DNA of 64,000 nucleotides from a virus. Below the pieces are notes generated by a model. It worked only from the letters and a program-made list of their open reading frames with translations, did no database searches and was not told where the DNA came from. The translations under genes and the position numbers were made by a program. Below, piece by piece: positions 8,948 to 18,631 of this stretch (positions are counted from its first letter, which is position 1; each line of letters starts with the position of its first letter). The stretch covers positions 76,927-140,926 of IMG/VR virus record IMGVR_UViG_3300021959_000011; one strand, 5' to 3'.

Positions 8948-10240
8948 TTAAATTTTCATAATATAAAAAATTGCATAATATGGTGGTCGGTTTTCATGGC
9001 CATTTCCACCACCAGCGGAACCAGTAGTACCACTAAAGTTGTGTTGATGGTCTCCAATATGTCCTGTCTGTCCAGTAATTGTATGAGTATGTGCCCCTGC
9101 AGGTCTAATAGTATCTTGCCAATCTTCTAGTAATCTTTCTGCATCATCACTAAATGCACCAACACCATCTTTCTGACTACCATAATTTCCACGATCATTT
9201 GCATAAATTTGGTGTATGTGTTGACCTGCTTGATCTGTTTTTAATGTACCAGCTGTATGAGAATGTCCACCGCCGGGCCCGGCACTTAATCCACTACCAT
9301 CGTGAGTATGATTTGGCATCTGGGCATCTGTTAAAGTGACTGATGCAGATCCACCAGTAGTATTTACTGCATAACTATCCCCTGCCCCTACAACAAATCT
9401 ATTTCTCAAATCTGGAGTACCGTTTGCACCATTACATAAGGCCCAACCAGTAGGAATATTAATTTCGGAACCATGCCACATAATGATAGAACCGGCCGGC
9501 ATTAAATTATTTGCAAAGTTAGTAATAGATTCTGTATCTAGATTAGTAACATGTCCTTCACCATCTAATGTAACACCTTGTACAACCACACTAGAAACAC
9601 TACTTGCATTAGATGTATTTGCATGAGAAATTGTAAGAGTACCAGCAGTATCATTATATGCAGTATTAATACCATTACCACCAGAGATTAATGCATTAAC
9701 TCTATCATCAACTCTTTCATTTGTATGATATAAATTACTACCCTCTGTTAAGTCAGAAGTACTCTTTGATGCAAGGTCACTATTGAAATCAGAAGAACTA
9801 TAACTGGTAACACTAATTACACCAGTACTTGAATCATACGTAACATCACCACCAGCTGAAATTGCAGCACGTACTCTTGCCGCTGTGTGATACTGATTGG
9901 TACTACCTTCTGTTAGATTGTCAGTAGTTGCATTATTAGAATCGTAAACTTCGGAAATAATAGTTGATAACAAATCTGCACCAACATTTTTAGTGAGTAA
10001 AGTAATTTCTGGTGGCGTTACACCTTGATTAAAATATGCAACATCAAACCAATCGTCATCAGTTGCATTACGCATCTTTAAAATATGATTTGTTGTATCA
10101 TACCACCACATATGTGCAAATGTATTTGGTGGTGTTGATGGATTTGCATTATTAGAAACAATTGCCTGCAAGGCATCATTTATTTCTAATCTAAGATCGC
10201 TTGCAGTTTGATCCGATAGGACATAATCACTTACTGCCAT
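8948..10240 (-). CDS. Tail fibre with collar-like domain and HxH tip motifs
   Basis: NLTEGS.NLY repeats; PAGSIIMWHG...GWALCNG..GTPDLRNRF collar; HTH/HSH/HIH/HTH/HQH; late promoter 10272-10279. Confidence 0.85.
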   Translation of the reverse strand: MAVSDYVLSDQTASDLRLEINDALQAIVSNNANPSTPPNTFAHMWWYDTTNHILKMRNATDDDWFDVAYFNQGVTPPEITLLTKNVGADLLSTIISEVYDSNNATTDNLTEGSTNQYHTAARVRAAISAGGDVTYDSSTGVISVTSYSSSDFNSDLASKSTSDLTEGSNLYHTNERVDDRVNALISGGNGINTAYNDTAGTLTISHANTSNASSVSSVVVQGVTLDGEGHVTNLDTESITNFANNLMPAGSIIMWHGSEINIPTGWALCNGANGTPDLRNRFVVGAGDSYAVNTTGGSASVTLTDAQMPNHTHDGSGLSAGPGGGHSHTAGTLKTDQAGQHIHQIYANDRGNYGSQKDGVGAFSDDAERLLEDWQDTIRPAGAHTHTITGQTGHIGDHQHNFSGTTGSAGGGNGHENRPPYYAIFYIMKI

Positions 10241-10280
10241 GTTCGTTTCCTCTGTATGATAAGTTTAATACTATTTATAC

Positions 10281-10308
10281 AAAAAAGAGGGGCTAACCAT
10301 GGCCCCTC
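10281..10308 (-). terminator. Rho-independent terminator after porin-like gene
   Basis: GAGGGGC-catggtta-GCCCCTC then T6. Confidence 0.75.
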
Positions 10309-10349
10309 GCGTGTTTATTTAGTAACAACCCTATTAATGTATTAATGTA

Positions 10350-10703
10350 TTAGAATGAGAACGATGCACCAATACTAATATCACCAACACCCCAATCTTT
10401 ATCTGTGGTAGTTTTTCCATATACTTCCATGCCGGATACACTGGCAATTGGTGCAGTAATTTCATATTGCATAGATGTAAATTCAATATCTTCTAAATCG
10501 ATAACATTTGGTCCGACTTCGAATGATGCAACACCTAAATCCCATGTGAAATCTGCTTCATATGTGATGGCATTGGTTTCTGTTTCTAAGTTTCTTTCTG
10601 CGGTAAATTCATTATTAAATGACATTCCATTTCCAAGATCAATCGCAGATGCTGTGCCTGCTGTGGCCAAGATTAAAGCTGCAGCTGTTAATACGTTTTT
10701 CAT
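10350..10703 (-). CDS. Small outer-membrane beta-barrel/porin-like protein
   Basis: Signal peptide, alternating beta pattern, C-terminal IGASFSF (BAM-type beta-signal). Confidence 0.7.
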   Translation of the reverse strand: MKNVLTAAALILATAGTASAIDLGNGMSFNNEFTAERNLETETNAITYEADFTWDLGVASFEVGPNVIDLEDIEFTSMQYEITAPIASVSGMEVYGKTTTDKDWGVGDISIGASFSF

Positions 10704-10729
10704 TATAGTTCTTTCTAATTAGAGTTAAA

Positions 10730-11052
10730 GTACGACTACTTCTGTTGCCAAGTGAGCCGCCAACTCCGTTAGAATCAAGCTGCGATAGCCATCTCTACAG
10801 GTGCAAAATTATCGTTTGCATTTATTATTGTTGACCGAATAACGTAGGTCATCACGGCAATCTACTCTCATCTCTACACACCTGTCGATCCTAGTTCGCC
10901 CCCATCATAAATGCACTAACTTCGACCGCCACTTACGGGCCATCTATGTTCTGCAAAACTTCCTGTTGCAGCAGGACATAGTGCATTTATGGTGGAGGCG
11001 TTGGGTACTGCCCCCAAGTCCAGTATGTATGTTGAATCGTATCAACGACTAC
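10730..11052 (-). ncRNA. ssrA: Permuted two-piece tmRNA (alphaproteobacterial type)
   Basis: Acceptor piece ends CGCCTCCACCA at 10990. Coding piece starts GGGGGCG at 10903, giving G3.U70. Tag frame 10819-10775 reads ANDNFAPVEMAIAA-stop. Outer ends approximate. Confidence 0.93.
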
Positions 11053-11057
11053 AAATA

Positions 11058-11088
11058 TATTTATACACTATACTCTGTAAAATGTCAA
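11058..11088 (-). promoter_or_regulatory. Overlapping sigma70 and late promoter for tmRNA
   Basis: TTGACA-17-TATAAA whose -10 lies within TATAAATA. Confidence 0.65.
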
Positions 11089-11121
11089 TACATTTCTATA
11101 TGAAATATAGTGTGTTGTATT

Positions 11122-11334
11122 TTAGTCACTCCAACCATTTCTACTAAGTGCGAATGCACCATAACCAAACATAAACAAACCACCAATGGAGCCAATTGCA
11201 GTTTGCCATAATGGAATCGGTTCAATATCTACTCCCGACATAATAAGTTCCATTGTGTAATCATCATTACCAACAAAACCCAACATAATAAACAATCCAC
11301 TAAAGCAGATAATTCCATTGATTATATTTTTCAT
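11122..11334 (-). CDS. Small two-TM membrane protein
   Basis: ORF track; two hydrophobic stretches. Confidence 0.6.
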   Translation of the reverse strand: MKNIINGIICFSGLFIMLGFVGNDDYTMELIMSGVDIEPIPLWQTAIGSIGGLFMFGYGAFALSRNGWSD

Positions 11335-11747
11335 AATACGTTATCCTTCCAAAGTTCTACGGTGTATTTGTCTTGTAACCTGTATGCCTCTTTTTCCCAA
11401 GGTTGATCCATGTAAGTAACATCTTGACAATTTCTACCTTTCCAATATTGGACGGCATTTACATCAACTAATTCCTTACGTGCATATTGTTTGACATGTA
11501 TCATTTCATGAATAACAGTACAAACTAAATCATAAAGAGTTAAATTTCTCTCTATCTCCAATTCGAACTCATTACCATCAAGGTGCAAACAACAACCTTC
11601 GATACCTTGTTTTTTACAATCTTTTAATTGAATTTGGATATCTAACGTTCTAAACCGTTTCATATGGTTTCTAATAAACCACCCAACAGTCTTTCCGACA
11701 ACATCTCTCTGAGACTTCAAACCACCAGTGACTTCTACGTAGTTCAT
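11331..11747 (-). CDS. HEXXH zinc metallopeptidase-like protein
   Basis: TVIHEMIHVKQY...PWEKEA. Confidence 0.75.
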   Translation of the reverse strand: MNYVEVTGGLKSQRDVVGKTVGWFIRNHMKRFRTLDIQIQLKDCKKQGIEGCCLHLDGNEFELEIERNLTLYDLVCTVIHEMIHVKQYARKELVDVNAVQYWKGRNCQDVTYMDQPWEKEAYRLQDKYTVELWKDNVL

Positions 11748-12067
11748 AACAAACTCCTATCAATCAAAATATACACATATTATACGATATTGATTGATAG
11801 GAGTCAAGCATTCTTTGAAAAAAGAACTCTTTGTAAATCAATGACTTACAAATTATTTTACTTTTTATTTACTGGAGTGTACTGATTTTCTACGTCAAAG
11901 GGCTCAGTTTCTAGTATTTTCTTTGCCCTCTTTAATTCATATTGATGATAAGGGTCAGGACTATCTTCCTTGAACCTTTTCATTACACCTTTAGCGCGAT
12001 TTCTTTCATAATATGAATACATTCCAAACGAATCTGCCTCTACAGGATTGTCCGGCCAATCTGACAC

Positions 12068-12538
12068 TTAGACAATCAGTTCGAAATGTGGGCCATCAAT
12101 AAATGGTCTACGTCCTTGTGAACGGCGTAAATCAACATATGCATTCATTGCATCTTCTGCAGTACCACTATAAGAACGAATATCACCTTCTGACCATGCA
12201 GCACCCCATTTGACTGCAACACCATGTTCTTCGGCGGCCTGTTTGAATGCATCACAGATATCATCATATACATTGATTTCCCAGATAACTTCTGATCCAT
12301 CATAGGCGACAACATCTACTGCGTGAGAATACCCACTATCTTGAATTAAATGTTTAGATTTCATAGTCTGAGAACGTCCAGATGCAACCAATCTTTTCTG
12401 TTCTTCTAGTTCACGTACTCCATAGGTCACACCAAAATCAACTTTGGTCAATTCAATAGCACGTTCAACGACTGCGACCATATCTGGATGGACGCCTTCT
12501 AATTTACCTTTTGATCTATTTGAAAGTTTAAAAGCCAT
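12068..12538 (-). CDS. Endolysin, M15-family peptidase
   Basis: LEGVHPD, SKHL, HAVD, WG..W, DGPHFEL. Confidence 0.9.
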   Translation of the reverse strand: MAFKLSNRSKGKLEGVHPDMVAVVERAIELTKVDFGVTYGVRELEEQKRLVASGRSQTMKSKHLIQDSGYSHAVDVVAYDGSEVIWEINVYDDICDAFKQAAEEHGVAVKWGAAWSEGDIRSYSGTAEDAMNAYVDLRRSQGRRPFIDGPHFELIV

Positions 12539-12789
12539 TATAATATCCTCATTAAGCTCTGTGGCATGTTACCACAACATTATTTAGTAATCAATATTTT
12601 ACCCACTTACATAAGTGTCTTTGGGTCTAAACCACACTTTCTGGTGGTGTATTTTTGCCAACAACTCAGTAACTTTTCGTTTATTATTGTTGTCTAATTC
12701 ATTCTGGTAATGACGTAGAGCCTTTTCAATATACTCTACGTCACTTACTGTTAGTTTGAATTTTTCATTTGGTTTATTCATACTATTAT

Positions 12790-12978
12790 TTATATTGTTG
12801 GATCATATTGTTCGCCATTGTAGCCAGGGTAACTCTGACCATCATGCACACCAGAGTTACATCCTACAACAACAACAAGTAAAAATAATATAGACCACAA
12901 CGTTACTCTTTTACTCCAAACCATAAATGCATCAAAAGTTTTTTCTGCCTCTTGTTGTGCCTGTTCTCTAGGAGTCAT
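12790..12978 (-). CDS. aa3-type cytochrome c oxidase subunit IV-like (CtaH-like)
   Basis: Start re-assigned to MTPREQ; EAEKTFDAFMVWSKRV plus TM ending in N, like Rhodobacter/Paracoccus subunit IV. Confidence 0.65.
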   Translation of the reverse strand: MTPREQAQQEAEKTFDAFMVWSKRVTLWSILFLLVVVVGCNSGVHDGQSYPGYNGEQYDPTI

Positions 12979-13147
12979 AAGATATTCCGAAACATGGTAT
13001 CCAACTCTTATTACAATACTGGGCGTAATCTTCCAACCCAACCATTGCCATAAGTGCCAAGATTGGTACACCAACAATCATGAATGCGATAACTGCAAAG
13101 GCCTTACCCAAATCTTTAGTTGTACAATAATTAGTTTGTTCACTCAT
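12968..13147 (-). CDS. Single-TM protein (59 aa) with three Cys
   Basis: Hand translation MSEQTNYCTTKDLGKAFAVIAFMIVGVPILALMAMVGLEDYAQYCNKSWIPCFGISYDS; overlaps both neighbours. Confidence 0.65.
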   Translation of the reverse strand: MSEQTNYCTTKDLGKAFAVIAFMIVGVPILALMAMVGLEDYAQYCNKSWIPCFGISYDS

Positions 13148-13547
13148 TATCAGTTACCCCCATAGTTTGTAAGTATGCAATAATATCGGCACGCTTCTGT
13201 TCTTTCTTTTCTTTAAAGTTCATTTTAGTACCCTTAACTAATTTCTTCGAATTAGTCAACCAAGCATCCATCAATTCTGGTGTCCACTCTGGATTTTCTT
13301 CTGCCCACGCAAGAAACTTTTTACTATATCTAAAGTCTGCCTGTGCAGTACCTCTTTGCATGATATTCCAGAGATTAGGTCCAGTTTTATTCTTTCCGCC
13401 TTCGTCAATACTGTGACATGAGGCACATTTCTTAAAACCCTTTTTACCTTTGTCTGGATTACCTTCCGCCGATGCGGTTGCGACATATAACATACTTACT
13501 AAAAAACCTACAATAAAAGTCCAAATTAAAGCTTTATTCATTTTCAT
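13140..13547 (-). CDS. Cytochrome c (class I, c2/c550-like)
   Basis: Signal peptide, CASCH haem motif, KTGPNL, distal Met in GTKM. Confidence 0.95.
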   Translation of the reverse strand: MKMNKALIWTFIVGFLVSMLYVATASAEGNPDKGKKGFKKCASCHSIDEGGKNKTGPNLWNIMQRGTAQADFRYSKKFLAWAEENPEWTPELMDAWLTNSKKLVKGTKMNFKEKKEQKRADIIAYLQTMGVTDNE

Positions 13548-13553
13548 TCCTTC

Positions 13554-13730
13554 TCAATTATTTTGGATTTTCCCTATTTCCAACATACATTTCTTGGCTT
13601 CCTCGTGCATACCCATTCTTGCGAGCTCCGCTGCCGCTCTCGCATAACCAACTGTCTGCGTATAACGATCTAGTGAAGACCACAATCCAGATAACGGTGA
13701 AAAGACATAGTTTGCTACTAAAGTTGTCAT
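13554..13730 (-). CDS. Small protein, DUF1127-associated type
   Basis: GYARAAAELARMG; coupled to the upstream DUF1127 gene. Confidence 0.6.
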   Translation of the reverse strand: MTTLVANYVFSPLSGLWSSLDRYTQTVGYARAAAELARMGMHEEAKKCMLEIGKIQNN

Positions 13731-13972
13731 TAGACCCACCCCTTCAAGTTACCATTTGAATATGTGTACACTCTTTCTTTTGCTTTATTTTCTTCGACAA
13801 TATCTCTATAATGAGATTGTGCGACATATTTAATTTCTCCGCGACTAAGACCAATATCATTTAATTCATAATCGGTTAGTCTAGAGAGTTCTCTGATAGT
13901 TTGTTTTCTTGCTACTGATGCTTCATGACGAGATTGCCATGAACCATATAAGTTGATTAATACCCCTAACAT
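13730..13972 (-). CDS. DUF1127 (YjiS-like) small protein
   Basis: RKQTIRELSRLTDYELNDIGLSRGEI; AAAGGAA RBS before MLGV. Confidence 0.85.
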   Translation of the reverse strand: MLGVLINLYGSWQSRHEASVARKQTIRELSRLTDYELNDIGLSRGEIKYVAQSHYRDIVEENKAKERVYTYSNGNLKGWV

Positions 13973-14088
13973 TTGCGTTTCCTTTCGTGTGATAAATGTG
14001 TGTATCATTACGTGAATATATAGTGCAAAAGTATATTTAAGTCAAGGGTTCTGACGGGTTTTTCATATAGAATTTTTGCATTCCCGCC

Positions 14089-14103
14089 ATGCAAAAAATG
14101 CAT
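14089..14103. promoter_or_regulatory. LysR-type dyad ATGC-N7-GCAT
   Basis: T-N11-A box upstream of the DUF1127 operon promoter, overlapping TTTTGCAT-N7-ATGCAAAA. Confidence 0.45.
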
Positions 14104-14105
14104 TA

Positions 14106-15230
14106 TTATTTTGTTTCAAATACTCCATTATATTGATTATTAACTAACACAAAAGTTGTACATTTCGAAAGTTGTTTAAGACTCCCTGCACCCACGTAAG
14201 TACAAGTACTTCTAATGCCCCCTAGAATATCTTGGATTGTCTTTGCCACCTCTCCACGATATGGTACTAAGACTTCTCTACCTTCAGACGAACGATATTC
14301 TTTAAGTCCACCAAAGTGTTTATCATTTGCAGCCTTACTGCTCATACCATAGAACTGCACAAACTGTTTTTCTTCTATTGCCGAAACGTGATCTCCATTA
14401 TCATGTATATCAACTTCATCTGATTTGTAATATTTCTTTATTACTTCACCACCACCTTCATCGTGTCCGGCAAGCATACCACCCAACATTACAAAGTCAG
14501 CACCACCAGCGAATGCCTTCGCTACATCACCAGAGCATGTACACCCACCATCAGCAATGATATGCCCACCAAGACCATGGGCAGCATCAGCGCATTCAAT
14601 AACTGCCGAGAGTTGGGGATAACCGACTCCAGTTTTGATACGAGTAGTACAAACACTGCCAGGCCCAATACCCACTTTAACAATATCGGCTCCATTTAAA
14701 ATTAACTCCTGTGTTTGATCTGCAGTAACAACATTCCCTGCAATGATTACAATATTAGGATACAACATTCTAAACTGTTTTATAAAGTCTACAAACCGTT
14801 CTGTATATCCATTTGCAACATCAATACAAACATATTTTAGATTATATCCAACTTGTTCGTAGACCATGCGAAACTTATCATGATCCGCATCAGAAATACC
14901 AATAGACATTGCAACATATTCTCTGCGCTCAAGATATTCTTCTGTATCGAAATAATCCACTAGTTGATTTACTGTGTAGGTTTTGACTAAACAGGTCATA
15001 ATCTGACCTGTTGCAAGCATATCAGCCATTTCAAATGTACCGACACCATCCATATTTGCAGCAATGATAGGTACACCAGAAAAATCTGAATCACATATAT
15101 CATCGAAATTATAGTTTACAAATTGGTATTCTCTATTCAGAGATACGCACTTGCGACTTGACAGTGTAGAACGTTTCGGACGAATTAATACGTCACTATA
15201 ATCTAATTTGGTTTCCTGTTCGATTCTCAT
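14106..15230 (-). CDS. guaC: GMP reductase
   Basis: [54 protein letters not shown]. Confidence 0.95.
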   Translation of the reverse strand: MRIEQETKLDYSDVLIRPKRSTLSSRKCVSLNREYQFVNYNFDDICDSDFSGVPIIAANMDGVGTFEMADMLATGQIMTCLVKTYTVNQLVDYFDTEEYLERREYVAMSIGISDADHDKFRMVYEQVGYNLKYVCIDVANGYTERFVDFIKQFRMLYPNIVIIAGNVVTADQTQELILNGADIVKVGIGPGSVCTTRIKTGVGYPQLSAVIECADAAHGLGGHIIADGGCTCSGDVAKAFAGGADFVMLGGMLAGHDEGGGEVIKKYYKSDEVDIHDNGDHVSAIEEKQFVQFYGMSSKAANDKHFGGLKEYRSSEGREVLVPYRGEVAKTIQDILGGIRSTCTYVGAGSLKQLSKCTTFVLVNNQYNGVFETK

Positions 15231-16023
15231 TAGATACGTTCCGACTCATTGCCTTCAAAGTTAAATGAAATTTGAGATTCATCTATTGAAACTGATTCAG
15301 ATGGATGATAATGCCAATCATCTGGATTATATGCATATGAATGTGAAATTGATGTTGGATCTTCAATTGTCGGTTCTTCATAGATAATGGAACCTTCTTC
15401 AACCCAAGTAAATCCACTTGCATAAAGAAATGCCTGAAATCTTTCTAGTATTTCATTCATATCTGCATGTTCGTTTGAAACACTGACTGAAACATCACCG
15501 TCATCATCATATTTTGTAAAAGTATACATAAGTTCTCCTTTGAGTAATTACACATTTAAGAACTAATATACTACATATGATTGTTTATGTCAATAGATTT
15601 ATTTCCAACGACCAATATTTTTCCAACATTCATCTACCAACATTGAATAGTGTGGATTTAATTGATAGAGTAAACTACAAACGCCATATAAACACCAACA
15701 TCCACCAAGATTATTCAGAAAGTGACCAATCTTTATAAGCCTTGGTTTGTAATGTTGATATGCAATTGTTGCGTCTTGCATATTGGAGAAACTTTTTTGT
15801 TCTATTTGGTGTAAGATATTTACAATAGTAAGATATGAATCAGTGATTTCATATTCATCAGTAAATTCGGTAGGTTTATCTTTAAAGAAAGTAACAGTTA
15901 CAATCCAATGTGTAGTAACACCACCTGTTTCTTTTTCTTTTATTTTACGTAATACTTCTACGTCTGGAGTTTCTTGCAATTCCAATTGCGAATCATTCAT
16001 AATCTTTTCTAGGTCAAATTGCA

Positions 16024-17328
16024 TTAATCGCCAACTCTGAGTAATTTAATAGATTGTGTTGTGGTTGTAGAACCCCCCAACGTAAACTCAATATTCCAAT
16101 TCCCACCACGGACGGAAAAGATTTGAGAATTTGGATTTGTAAATTCTGTATAATCAAATGTATGAGAAGTTGTAAAAGTTTCATTTACAGTAGTTGCCCC
16201 AGAACGAAAACCAAAATCAACACTGTTTACTTGCAGCTGAGTGTTTGCAACGTTAGGACTAATCTTAAACGTCATACTCGCAATCAGGTCATCCGATGTA
16301 CCAGTTTCGTTCATATTATCTGGCATCATAGTCCACTGGCCCGGCGCCAATCCACCAGTATATGAATATGTTGACCCATGAGAAATTCGAAAGACAACCC
16401 ACTGTTTAATAAATGTGTGTGGAGCGGGTGCAATCCATGCATAGTCTGTACCAGACCAACTTAAAATATTTCCTGCCGTCACACTACTATTATTTAAATG
16501 TGTATCTACAGCACTATCCGAATAAACATTATTATCTACATAGGTTGTTGTTGCATATGCAGATAAATCAATATTACCAACTGCAGTACTCACGTAAGAC
16601 TTTGATGCATAATCTTCAGCCTCCAATGCAGTCTGAGTCACATATCCAGAAAAATCAATATTTGAAATTGCATTTGTTACATATGTCTCAGACGCAAGGC
16701 CTGTGATATCTGGAATTGTTGGTTTGTTGGTCAGATCATCATAGTCTCCACTAAACACGTCTGGAAGATTATCAATCTGTGTTTGTAATCCAGCAAGAGA
16801 TGTGGTCATCGTTCCTGCAAAATCTGCATCATCTCCAAGTGAAGCTGCAATCTCATTCAGTGTGTTTAGTGTATCTGGTGCAGAGTCCATCAAATCCGCA
16901 ATTGCAACATCCAAATCAGTAACTGTCACAAAACCACCACCAGTTGTTGGTTGTTCAACAAATGAGTTACCGGCTGCATTATATCGCAAATAAGACCCAT
17001 CCGAAAAGTAACCACTTGCAGGCTCTGCAACATCAATAAGTTGTTTAATAGAAAGTGACACGTCACCGGCTCCTAAGTCAATTGTGATTGGTACGTAAAT
17101 TGTATCGATACCATATTCAGTTTTTAATTCTGTTCGTTGAATTCCAACATCTACTAGATTTGCCGCAAAACGAATAAAAGAATTATGTTTTAAAAAGTTT
17201 CCATACGTTTGTTGAGTCACTCTATGAACAATTACAGTAGGTAGGATCAAATAACCACCAATCCCAAGATCAGTAACATTTCCATTCTCATCCGTTTCTA
17301 CGTAACTATATTGACTGTCTCTGGCCAT
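16024..17328 (-). CDS. Virion fibre/structural protein
   Basis: APDTLNTLNEIAASLGDDADF, SGDYDDLTNKPTIP, LASETYV repeats; late promoter 17346-17353. Confidence 0.8.
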   Translation of the reverse strand: MARDSQYSYVETDENGNVTDLGIGGYLILPTVIVHRVTQQTYGNFLKHNSFIRFAANLVDVGIQRTELKTEYGIDTIYVPITIDLGAGDVSLSIKQLIDVAEPASGYFSDGSYLRYNAAGNSFVEQPTTGGGFVTVTDLDVAIADLMDSAPDTLNTLNEIAASLGDDADFAGTMTTSLAGLQTQIDNLPDVFSGDYDDLTNKPTIPDITGLASETYVTNAISNIDFSGYVTQTALEAEDYASKSYVSTAVGNIDLSAYATTTYVDNNVYSDSAVDTHLNNSSVTAGNILSWSGTDYAWIAPAPHTFIKQWVVFRISHGSTYSYTGGLAPGQWTMMPDNMNETGTSDDLIASMTFKISPNVANTQLQVNSVDFGFRSGATTVNETFTTSHTFDYTEFTNPNSQIFSVRGGNWNIEFTLGGSTTTTQSIKLLRVGD

Positions 17329-17521
17329 AGATAACCCCTTTCTTTTATTTATAAATCTATCCCGAAGGGATTCCGCGCTGAACGCATATGTCGGAAAAAG
17401 AAGGAATCATCGACACAACTGACTGACATGTAGATATGATGTACATACCATATCAAAAGAATGCTTGACAATACGCCTCAAATCAGATAGATTATAAGAG
17501 TAATAAGAAAGGTGATTCGAA

Positions 17522-17686
17522 ATGATTCAATATCTACCAAAAAAACTTCAATATGCAGCCGGTTATTCAGTCTCAGTGATATCCAGAGTGACAGCGATGT
17601 TAACATCTTCAGCATCGATAACAACTGTTTCGTTTATTCTGAACGTTGCATTTCTTGTTTCAATTCTTCTTCTACTGAAAGGTTAA
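17522..17686 (+). CDS. Small hydrophobic early protein (MIQYLPKKLQYAAG...)
   Basis: Hand translation; TTGACA promoter at 17465 and AAAGGTG RBS; end approximate. Confidence 0.5.
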   Translation: MIQYLPKKLQYAAGYSVSVISRVTAMLTSSASITTVSFILNVAFLVSILLLLKG

Positions 17687-18193
17687 ATCATGTACATTGT
17701 AAAATATACACTCTATCGCAAATACCACCACGAAAAAACTTTTGATGACTACGAGTCTGCAAGAGGTTTCTTCTATGGCATCTCTCGCAAATGCCGTGGT
17801 TCAAAATGCACGAAGGCAGAACTCATCTGCCTTTAATTTTTTCTTCCATGCAATTTCAAAACCTTCTTCATAATCAGACAGGGGAGCTCCATTGCTTCCA
17901 TCAATCCATAATCTTTTAAAATATCCATTATAACAATCTAATGCAGTCTGATCACTTTCTGCGATATGTCCTTTGACAATCCAGAATATTCTATATGCTT
18001 CCTTTAAATCAGTTATGCAAATCACTATCTCTACCTAACCCCTTGACTCTCACAATTGTTCGCGGAAGAATTTCACAATTCTCTCCGCGATTTTCTATAG
18101 CGATAGTTTCATAACAATCTTCGTAGGAAGGCAACCCTTCATGGATACACTCTCCATGAAGGTAAATATCAAAAACTACAGAATTTTTTTGAA

Positions 18194-18439
18194 TTATTTT
18201 TTGCAATCACACCCACCAGATGAACACTCACACTTTCTCATAAAAAAATGTATGACTGCCATGGAGAACCACATCCAAGTCATTTCTCCAATACCAAAAA
18301 TATCTGCGCTATGTGGATGATGTATATTCTCCATATGGCCATGTGACATATCACAATAAAGGAAATATGATCCTAGAGCGCCCAAGATGAGAGCCGCTTG
18401 TGCATTTGTAATTCGGAAATTTTTCATTCGTTTTAACAT
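18194..18439 (-). CDS. His/Met/Cys-rich small membrane protein
   Basis: Two TM segments, loop MSHGHMENIHHPH, tail CECSSGGCDC. Confidence 0.6.
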   Translation of the reverse strand: MLKRMKNFRITNAQAALILGALGSYFLYCDMSHGHMENIHHPHSADIFGIGEMTWMWFSMAVIHFFMRKCECSSGGCDCKK

Positions 18440-18631
18440 TCGATATCCTTTCTAGATATTTCGATATTATTTAGGTTTCGGATATATTTTCTGGCAAAAA
18501 AAAAATTTTTCGAAAGTGTTTCTGAGGCGATTGAAGAACTTCTAGGGCCACTCTATAGACCGACCTAACCGAAAATATGGAACCAACTTAATAAAGTCTT
18601 CACCAGTTTTGGGGGAGGGGGTCTTGAAGGA

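Noticed and set aside
17512-17745. 77-aa + strand ORF
   Set aside because: Promoter and RBS position favour the ATG at 17522 in another frame, followed by a second short ORF from 17690.
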